This document shows positions 57,451 through 64,000 of a stretch of 64,000 bases of DNA, one piece after another (positions within the stretch are counted from its first letter, which is position 1; each line of letters starts with the position of its first letter). Source of the DNA: Candidatus Latescibacterota bacterium (lineage in GTDB: Bacteria; Latescibacterota; UBA2968; UBA8231); contig OZ241867.1 of the NCBI GenBank assembly GCA_965203175.1, positions 5,216,001 through 5,280,000 on the forward strand. The letters run 5' to 3'. The notes beneath the pieces are model-generated. The model made no database searches and was not told where the DNA came from. It saw nothing but the letters and a program-made list of their open reading frames with translations. The translations under genes were made by a program, and so were the position numbers.

Positions 57451-59256
57451 TTATTCCCACTCCACCGTACCCGGCGGCTTGTGGGTAATGTCGTAGAAGA
57501 CCGCCTCAATGCCCGCTAGCGCCAACAGCCGCTCGCACACATCGTCCAAAAACGCCTGCGGCAATGGGCAAAAGCGCGCGGTCATAAAGTCGGAAGTCGC
57601 AATCGGCCGCAGCACCACGCTCTCTTGCACTCCATCCGACGACAGCGGCAAAAGCACCGTCGGCATCTGGGTCACTTCCTCCATCAGCCCGTGGCGCTCC
57701 AGCGCCTCCATGCTGATGGCATCGGCCCGGCGCAGCAGATCGAGCCGGTCGCGGGTCAAATACCCCGCTTTGATGTTTTGCTGTGGCCGCGGCGTCGGCC
57801 CCAGCAGGTAGATCACCCGATTGATTGACGGGAAGTTATTGGTCAGTTCGGTGGACAGCGCCTCTAAGGTCTTCCACTCGCGCTGGCCGGAAACCACCGC
57901 AGGATGCGCGTAGGTCCGCGAATCGCCCTGCACGCCGACGCTGCGCAACGGCAGCACATCCAGCGCCAGCCCGAATGTCGCCGCCACCTTCTGCGCCTCG
58001 GCGACTGTTTCGTGAGCCAAACCCGAGTCTGCATCCTCTGCGTCTGGCCCATCGCTACACAAAGCCCGCACCGCCAGCCCCGGCCCTGGGAACGGATGCC
58101 GCCAGACTAAGTGATGCGGCAAGCCGAGCGTCTCGCCCAAGGTGCGCGCCTCGTCCTTGTAGAGCTGGTCCAGCGGCTCGACGACCTTGCCCTCGGCCAA
58201 GAGTTGATCGATGACGCCGACGCGATTGTGATGGGTCTTGATAACCGCTGCGTTTTCCGTGCCACCGGATTCGATGGTATCTGTGTAGAGCGTCCCCTGG
58301 CCCAACAGCCATTCGTCCGGGTCCAGCGCCAATGCCGCCAGCGCTCGGTCGCGGACGCGGATGAACTCCTCGCCAATCCGCCGCCGCTTTTCCTCGGGGT
58401 CGGCAATCCCCTTCGTGGCAGCGAGGAATTCAGCGCTGGCATCGACGACTTCCAGATTGTCCAAGCCGGCTCCCTTCATCAGCCGCTCGACCATCGCAGT
58501 CTCGCCCTCGCGCATAAAGCCGTTGTCAATGTGCAACCCCAGCACCCGCTCTGCGCCCAAAGCGCGGTTGAGCAGGAGAAACGCCACCGACGAATCGACT
58601 CCGCCGCTGACGAACAAAAAGACGTTGCGCCCCTTCGCCTGCTCTTGGAGCCGCTCTATCGTCTCCTCGGTGTAGCGCTCCATCGTCCAGTTCCGCTCTG
58701 CGCCACACAGTGCGGCGAAGTTATCGAGGATCTCCATACCCCGGACGGTGTGCGTCACTTCTGGATGAAACTGCAAGCCGTATATCTTGCGCTCGGCGTC
58801 GCCCATCGCCGCCACCGGGCAGTCCTCGGTCGCGCCCAAGACGGCAAATCCGGGTGGCAGAGCTGCAACGTGGTCGCGATGGCTCATCCACACCCGCTCG
58901 CGCGCGTCCAATCCGGCCAACACGCCCTCTGCCTTGTGGACATGCAGATAGGCCGCGCCAAACTCGTGAGTCTCCCCCATTTCGACTTGGCCGCCCAAGC
59001 GATGGCAGAGCAGTTGGTGGCCATAGCACAAACCCAGCATCGGCTTGCCCATCGCCAAAATCTCGGAATTGTACACCGGGGCTTCCGGGTCATAGACGCT
59101 GGCCGGGCCGCCCGACAGAATCAGCCCGTCGGCGTCTTGCAAATCGGCAACCGCAGTCTCTGGCGAGCGGATCTCAGCATGAACGCGGAGGCGGCGAATG
59201 CGGTTGGCGATCAGGTGGGCGTACTGCCCGCCGAAGTCGAGGACGACGATGCTCAA
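57451..59256 (-). CDS. guaA: Glutamine-hydrolysing GMP synthase, long form
   Basis: LDFGGQY, GLCYGHQ, QFHPEV, SGGVDS, IKTHHN, RHPFPGPGL, KPPGTVEWE; TTG start. Confidence 0.96.
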   Translation of the reverse strand: MSIVVLDFGGQYAHLIANRIRRLRVHAEIRSPETAVADLQDADGLILSGGPASVYDPEAPVYNSEILAMGKPMLGLCYGHQLLCHRLGGQVEMGETHEFGAAYLHVHKAEGVLAGLDARERVWMSHRDHVAALPPGFAVLGATEDCPVAAMGDAERKIYGLQFHPEVTHTVRGMEILDNFAALCGAERNWTMERYTEETIERLQEQAKGRNVFLFVSGGVDSSVAFLLLNRALGAERVLGLHIDNGFMREGETAMVERLMKGAGLDNLEVVDASAEFLAATKGIADPEEKRRRIGEEFIRVRDRALAALALDPDEWLLGQGTLYTDTIESGGTENAAVIKTHHNRVGVIDQLLAEGKVVEPLDQLYKDEARTLGETLGLPHHLVWRHPFPGPGLAVRALCSDGPDAEDADSGLAHETVAEAQKVAATFGLALDVLPLRSVGVQGDSRTYAHPAVVSGQREWKTLEALSTELTNNFPSINRVIYLLGPTPRPQQNIKAGYLTRDRLDLLRRADAISMEALERHGLMEEVTQMPTVLLPLSSDGVQESVVLRPIATSDFMTARFCPLPQAFLDDVCERLLALAGIEAVFYDITHKPPGTVEWE

Positions 59257-59259
59257 AGT

Positions 59260-59805
59260 TTACACCTGACCTTTCAAGCTACCCCACGAAATGGGCGCGA
59301 CATTTGTCTGCGCCGAATCGAGATACAACCCCGCGCCAATGTAATAGGATGCACCCTCAATCTCGATGGGGGCCACGTAGCTTACCTTGGTGGACTCGTC
59401 CTCTCCTTCGATCGCCGGATTATCAAAGAGATATTCCGTGAATCCGCCCCCGGCTTGTGCCGCCGCGATATTCTGCTGTACGATCTTAACGCCATTGCTG
59501 TCTTCTGAGTCGATATTATTGACCCCTTCGCGATCAGGTTGGGTCGCGTGGAAGAAGCCCACGCCTTCGTAACTGGTGATGAAGATATAAATCGGTCCGT
59601 GTCGCCATTCTTCGTCGATCCTGAAGGTCTCCAAAATGGCCGTCCGTTCCGCCTCGTCTTGTGCAGATTCCAGCAGACTCTTCGCTTCCAGCACGAAATT
59701 CTTCAGCGTCTCTCGATCTACTACACCCCTTGCATCAGCAGCGGCTTTCTCTGCTCCGCCGAGCAGCCCTATCGCAACTAGGACAAATGACAATATTCGG
59801 ATCAT
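59260..59805 (-). CDS. Exported stand-alone Cache-domain protein with SWGxLK tail
   Basis: Signal peptide; YIFI, DSNGVKIV, GGGFTEYLFDNP, KVSYV, IGAGLY; ends TNVAPISWGSLKGQV. Confidence 0.8.
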   Translation of the reverse strand: MIRILSFVLVAIGLLGGAEKAAADARGVVDRETLKNFVLEAKSLLESAQDEAERTAILETFRIDEEWRHGPIYIFITSYEGVGFFHATQPDREGVNNIDSEDSNGVKIVQQNIAAAQAGGGFTEYLFDNPAIEGEDESTKVSYVAPIEIEGASYYIGAGLYLDSAQTNVAPISWGSLKGQV

Positions 59806-59948
59806 GATTTTCTCCCCATGATTGGTTAATGAGTGGTAAATAGTACGTAAAGGGGCTTTAGGTATATAGTCAAGGAGCGTCGGCTCTTTTCGCTTTTAGT
59901 AAATGGACTGATAGGACGCGAGCGCACCGCCAGACTATATTTGCTCGC

Positions 59949-61238
59949 ATGACCTCCGCACCCACCCCATCCGAACGCCTGCGTCCCGAGCTTGGGCTAA
60001 TCGGCACCATCGCCCTCGGCTTGGGTTCGATCGTCGGCACTGGCGTCTTTGTCAGCATTGGCATCGGCGCTGGCATCGCTGGACCGGCGGTCCTGGTCGC
60101 CATCGCCATTGGGGCACTGGTCGCCCTCTGCAACGGCCTGTCTAGCGCCCAACTAGCCGCCAACCATCCGCTCAGCGGCGGCACGTACCAATACGGCTAT
60201 GAATACGCCTCGCCAGCCATCGGCTTTACCGCCGGGTGGATGTTCATCTGCGCCAAGAGCGCGACCGCAGCCACCGCGGCGATGGGACTGGCCGGCTACC
60301 TGCTCAACGCACTGGATCAGACCGCATCTATCACCCCAGTCGCCTTGGCTGCCGTGCTAGTACTCACCCTCATCTCCCTCCTAGGCATCAACCGCACCAA
60401 CAAGGTCAACATCGCCATCGTCGCCGCGACGCTTTGCTCGCTGATCGCCTTTATCGTCGCTGGTGCTCCCAGCGCCCTGAGCAACCTGCACCTGACCCCT
60501 TTCTTGGGAGAACAAGGCTGGTCGGCCCTATTGCATGCCAGCGCCCTGATGTTCGTCGCCTATACGGGCTACGGTCGCATCGCCACACTTGGCGAAGAAG
60601 TGCGCCAACCCCGCAAGACGATTCCCCGCGCCATCGTCGCCGTGCTGCTGATCTCCATGATGCTCTACATCGGCGTTGGTGCCGTCGCCATAGCCGCCGT
60701 AGGATCAGAGGCGTTTTACGCGGCCACCATGGAGAAAGCCGCTCCCCTAAAGGTCATCGCCCACACTTTTGATGCGCCCGGCATCTCTTGGCTCCTAGCC
60801 TTGGGAGCGATCACCGCTATGGCCGGGGTACTGCTCAACCTAATCCTCGGTCTGTCGCGAGTCCTGCTGGCTATGGGCCGCCGTGGGGATATGCCCCAAG
60901 CACTTGCCCGTCTCAATCGGGATCAGACTACGCCTTCTATTGCCGTGGTGGTCGTCGGACTAGCCATAGCCGGACTAGTCCTCGCAGGTAACATCAAGAC
61001 CACTTGGTCCTTTAGCGCCTTCACTATTCTGGTCTATTACGCCATCACCAACTTCTGCGCCCTGCGCTTGCCAGCCGACCAGCGGCTTTACCCCCGATGG
61101 ATAGCCATAGTGGGCCTAGTCGCCTGTCTGGGATTGGCGTTTTTCGTCGAGCGCACGATCTGGCTCAGCGGCTTGGGGCTGCTCTTGCTCGGCTGGTGTT
61201 GGCACCGCGTGGCGCAGCAGCACAGGGAGAAAGACTAG
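59949..61238 (+). CDS. APC-family amino acid permease
   Basis: GSIVGTGVF, SGGTYQYG, FVAYTGY...GEEVRQPRKTIPRA. Confidence 0.9.
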   Translation: MTSAPTPSERLRPELGLIGTIALGLGSIVGTGVFVSIGIGAGIAGPAVLVAIAIGALVALCNGLSSAQLAANHPLSGGTYQYGYEYASPAIGFTAGWMFICAKSATAATAAMGLAGYLLNALDQTASITPVALAAVLVLTLISLLGINRTNKVNIAIVAATLCSLIAFIVAGAPSALSNLHLTPFLGEQGWSALLHASALMFVAYTGYGRIATLGEEVRQPRKTIPRAIVAVLLISMMLYIGVGAVAIAAVGSEAFYAATMEKAAPLKVIAHTFDAPGISWLLALGAITAMAGVLLNLILGLSRVLLAMGRRGDMPQALARLNRDQTTPSIAVVVVGLAIAGLVLAGNIKTTWSFSAFTILVYYAITNFCALRLPADQRLYPRWIAIVGLVACLGLAFFVERTIWLSGLGLLLLGWCWHRVAQQHREKD

Positions 61239-61307
61239 GTAGCCAATCAACGCATGGAACTAACGGACGCACTTGATCGTCTATATTATTTACAGGTATT
61301 GCAACCT

Positions 61308-61346
61308 TGTCATGCTGAGCGCGGCGCAGCGGAGTAGAAGCATCTC
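61308..61346. repeat. REP-like short palindromic element
   Basis: TGTCATGCTGAGCGCGGCGCAGCGGAGTAGAAGCATCTC resembles widespread GTCATxCTGAGCG...GAAGxATCT intergenic repeats; single copy in window. Confidence 0.4.
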
Positions 61347-61395
61347 GCTGGACGATGCGTAACGCCAGCTAATCAGTGCTCTAGGAGAAGCTCCT

Positions 61396-61995
61396 ATGTC
61401 TATCTCCCGTTTGATCTGGATCAGCCTACTGACGAGCGGCATCGCCGCCGCCGACCAAGGCCCCTTGGCCGACCGAGGCGACTGGGCGTTGGGCGTGGCC
61501 CTGCCCTCCAACAGCGGAAGCAGCTTCAGCCTGTGGAAGATCCGCTCTCCCACCACCGCCGTGGGCTTGGAAGTAGGTGTTTCGTGGAACTACGCCGATT
61601 CCACCGCCAACGCCGATACCCCCTACCCGACCGCCCTCCAAGATCATTACCTATCGCTACAACTAGATCCTACTATCAAGCACTACCGTCCGCTGCACGA
61701 CCGAATCGCCCCTTTTACGTACGGTCAAGTGACAGCTGGTTTTCGGGGCTATAAACGAGATATCGATGTGTATAGGCAGCGCGGCAGCAGCTCAGGCAAT
61801 ATAGGGCTAGCACTGGGATTAGGGGTTGAATGGTTCCCATTCCAACGCATCAGCTTAGGCGGCCAGACCGGACTGAGCCTAGGCTACCGCTACGGGCAGT
61901 ACGATACTAGGGGCGATAATAACAGATCTAGTACCAATTGGTCCCTATACCTAAGAACCTTCCAATCGGAGGTGAAGGCACTGATGTATTTTTGA
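61396..61995 (+). CDS. Small outer-membrane beta-barrel protein
   Basis: Signal peptide, about 8 amphipathic strands, LGLGVEWFPFQRISLGGQ, terminal YF. Confidence 0.75.
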   Translation: MSISRLIWISLLTSGIAAADQGPLADRGDWALGVALPSNSGSSFSLWKIRSPTTAVGLEVGVSWNYADSTANADTPYPTALQDHYLSLQLDPTIKHYRPLHDRIAPFTYGQVTAGFRGYKRDIDVYRQRGSSSGNIGLALGLGVEWFPFQRISLGGQTGLSLGYRYGQYDTRGDNNRSSTNWSLYLRTFQSEVKALMYF

Positions 61996-62004
61996 TGAAA
62001 GACC

Positions 62005-62910
62005 ATGCCGCCCCTTATCACTCTCCACTATTTGAGCGATGCGATGTCTTTTTTAATTCTTACTTTGCTGCTAGCCATCCAGATAACGGCGTGCGACTAT
62101 TGGAGCCCGACACAGTCCTTTGAATCATCCAATGTTCCCAGGTGGCCGGAACGTGTTTTTCTTGGCGACGATACCCGCTTCAGTGAGAGTCGTCATTTCA
62201 CTCTACCTATCAGGAATTGGCCAGCAGGTGACGTAGATGCCATTTATTTTTTAGCGATTAACGAGGCCACCAGTTATGGTCAAGACTCTCCCGATCACAG
62301 GATCTACGTTTTTGTGCGGCCATCCGAGGTCGAGCCAGCGATGCTGTGCCGCGACGACGGACAAACCATTGATGGGTTTCAGCCGAACCCCGCCTTCACA
62401 GAAGTCTGTATTGTCGATGGCCAAATAACCTTGCGCAAAAAGCAAGACTATTCTTTTAAGGATAATCCCGTCTCTCTAAGGATCATTCCCATAATAGAAG
62501 AACCCTACCGACGCTCGGAATACCTCGTGACGACCGGAATGCGTCTCACGAGCGATACTTCTTTGTGGCTCGACGAAGATGGTTTTATTCGAGGTCCCGT
62601 AGCAAGTTGGCCGGCGAGTGCCGTAGATAAAATCTATCTTGTACCGCTTAACGAGGCCACAAATTATGGTCATGGATATAGCCCTGATCAACGAATATAC
62701 ATTTTCGTGCGACCGTCTGAGCCAGCGGTGCTGTGCCGCGACGATGGACAAGCCATTGATGGGTTTCAGCCGAACCCCGCCTTCGCAGAAGTCTGTATTG
62801 TCGATGGCCGAATAACCTTACGTAAAAAACAAGACTACTCCTTCAAGGATAATCCCGCCTTTTTATGGGTGGATCCAGTACCGAATACCCCAAGACTAAC
62901 CGACGACTAG
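62005..62910 (+). CDS. Hypothetical lipoprotein with an internal duplicated domain (start may be 62044)
   Basis: Lipobox ITAC; two copies of WPA..VD.IY...NEAT.YG..SPD.RIY.FVRPSE...CRDDGQ.IDGFQPNPAF.EVCIVDG.ITLRKKQDYSFKDNP. Confidence 0.65.
   Translation: MPPLITLHYLSDAMSFLILTLLLAIQITACDYWSPTQSFESSNVPRWPERVFLGDDTRFSESRHFTLPIRNWPAGDVDAIYFLAINEATSYGQDSPDHRIYVFVRPSEVEPAMLCRDDGQTIDGFQPNPAFTEVCIVDGQITLRKKQDYSFKDNPVSLRIIPIIEEPYRRSEYLVTTGMRLTSDTSLWLDEDGFIRGPVASWPASAVDKIYLVPLNEATNYGHGYSPDQRIYIFVRPSEPAVLCRDDGQAIDGFQPNPAFAEVCIVDGRITLRKKQDYSFKDNPAFLWVDPVPNTPRLTDD
62332..62857 (+). repeat. 139-bp intragenic direct repeat (62332-62470 and 62719-62857)
   Basis: 11 mismatches in 139 bp by manual alignment, all transitions; offset 387 bp (129 codons). 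Confidence 0.85.
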
Positions 62911-62962
62911 GCGGGAATGTTCTACGCTCTAGATGAGACCTAATTTTTTTGAGAAGAAAGCC

Positions 62963-63550
62963 ATGCTTATTTTCCCTCTGATCGGTATCGTCCTGTTGAT
63001 AAGCACCGCCGCCGCGGACCAAGACCCCTTGGCCGACCGAGGCAACTGGGCGTTGGGTGTAGCCCTGCCTTCTAGCAACGGACTCAACCTCAGCCTGTGG
63101 AAAGTACGCTCTCCCGTCACTGCCCTCGGCTTAGAAATAGATGTTTCGTCGTACTACAGCGAGTACACTTCCGACTACCGCGACAACCCCGACCGACGAT
63201 CCCAGTATCGTTCTCTAAGGCTGCAACTACGTCCCACCATCAAGCACTACCGTCCCATGCACGACCAAGTCGCCCCTTTTGTTTTTTATCAAGCCCACGC
63301 GGATCTTTCCGCTTTTTGGAGTCGCCTACTAGGTATAAATCCGGAGAGACAACGCACCAGAACCAAGTACGATCTGGGGCTGGCACTGGGGCTGGGTGCC
63401 GACTGGTTTCCGTTTCAACGCATCAGCTTGAGCGCCCAGATCGGACTGGACCTGAGCTACCTCTACGACAAACGCCCCTCTGACCGTCGCATGTGGGAGT
63501 GGTCCCTCAAGACCTTTCAAACGGAGGTGGCGGCGCTAGTGTACTTTTGA
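62963..63550 (+). CDS. Small outer-membrane beta-barrel protein (paralogue of 61396-61995)
   Basis: Shares ADQ.PLADRG.WALGVALPS, PTIKHYRP.HD, LALGLG..WFPFQRISL, TFQ.EV.AL.YF. Confidence 0.75.
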   Translation: MLIFPLIGIVLLISTAAADQDPLADRGNWALGVALPSSNGLNLSLWKVRSPVTALGLEIDVSSYYSEYTSDYRDNPDRRSQYRSLRLQLRPTIKHYRPMHDQVAPFVFYQAHADLSAFWSRLLGINPERQRTRTKYDLGLALGLGADWFPFQRISLSAQIGLDLSYLYDKRPSDRRMWEWSLKTFQTEVAALVYF

Positions 63551-64000
63551 CGCCGCTACCCGATCCTTCACCAGTAGCGTCGGCTGCTGCCAGTGAGCAT
63601 CGTCGCGCGTGGGATGATCGCAGTTGTAGTGGACGCCGCGGCTTTCCAAGCGCTGCCGCGCCGAGCGGGCAATGAGCTGGGCTACAGTCGCCAAGCTGCG
63701 TAGCTGGACTAGCTCAGCGTCGAGCCGGTGCTCGCTGTGCAAAGCTTCAATTTCTCGCGCCATCCGCTCCGTCTCTTCACAAGCCCGCTGCAAGCCGCAG
63801 TCGCTGCGCACGATCCCCACTTCGTCCCACATCAAGCGCCGCAGCAACTCCCGCCGCTCCTCCAGCGCATCAGGTGCAACAGCATCGCCCGCATGCGTCA
63901 TCTCGAACCGGCCCTCAGTCACGGGCGCAACTGTCCTGGCATGCTCGACAGCGCGCCGCGCAAAAACCAACCCCTCCAACAGCGAATTACTCGCCAGCCG
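63536..64000 (-). CDS. nadB: L-aspartate oxidase, 3' part (truncated by window edge)
   Basis: RLASNSLLEGLVFARRA, LMWDEVGIVRS, ESRGVHY. Confidence 0.88.
   Translation of the reverse strand, partial: RLASNSLLEGLVFARRAVEHARTVAPVTEGRFEMTHAGDAVAPDALEERRELLRRLMWDEVGIVRSDCGLQRACEETERMAREIEALHSEHRLDAELVQLRSLATVAQLIARSARQRLESRGVHYNCDHPTRDDAHWQQPTLLVKDRVAASKVH

Noticed and set aside
62332-62857. DGR template/variable repeat pair
   Set aside because: Both copies lie in one ORF, 7 of 11 differences are synonymous and not adenine-specific, and no reverse transcriptase is in the window.

Overview
GC-rich bacterial chromosomal window with about 47 genes and no rRNA, CRISPR array, integrase or transposase. 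The gene content (two sulfatases, PhyH dioxygenases, Gfo/Idh/MocA oxidoreductases, TPR and PD40 repeat proteins, five FlgD-Ig-tailed exported proteins, 'SWGxIK'-tailed proteins) suggests a Candidatus Latescibacterota-like or related FCB organism, possibly a marine or sponge-associated MAG (inference only). Housekeeping anchors are tRNA-Val(TAC), tyrS, guaA and the 3' end of nadB. The best find is an unannotated 21-codon leader peptide with five consecutive Tyr codons. It has a sigma70 promoter and mutually exclusive 1:2, 2:3 and 3:4 hairpins directly upstream of tyrS, i.e. a ribosome-mediated tyrosine attenuator on an aminoacyl-tRNA synthetase gene. Also notable: a ~16 kb cell-envelope locus with two candidate C-terminal sorting signals (TPNGDGIND...VxY and TxV...SWGxIK); a Fur-box-preceded TonB/DUF4856 operon; a eukaryote-type long GMP synthase; a dimethylglycine oxidase plus DmdA-like pair; and four toxin-antitoxin loci, one of which keeps only a 7-codon toxin remnant. 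All calls come from motif recognition by eye; no searches were run.
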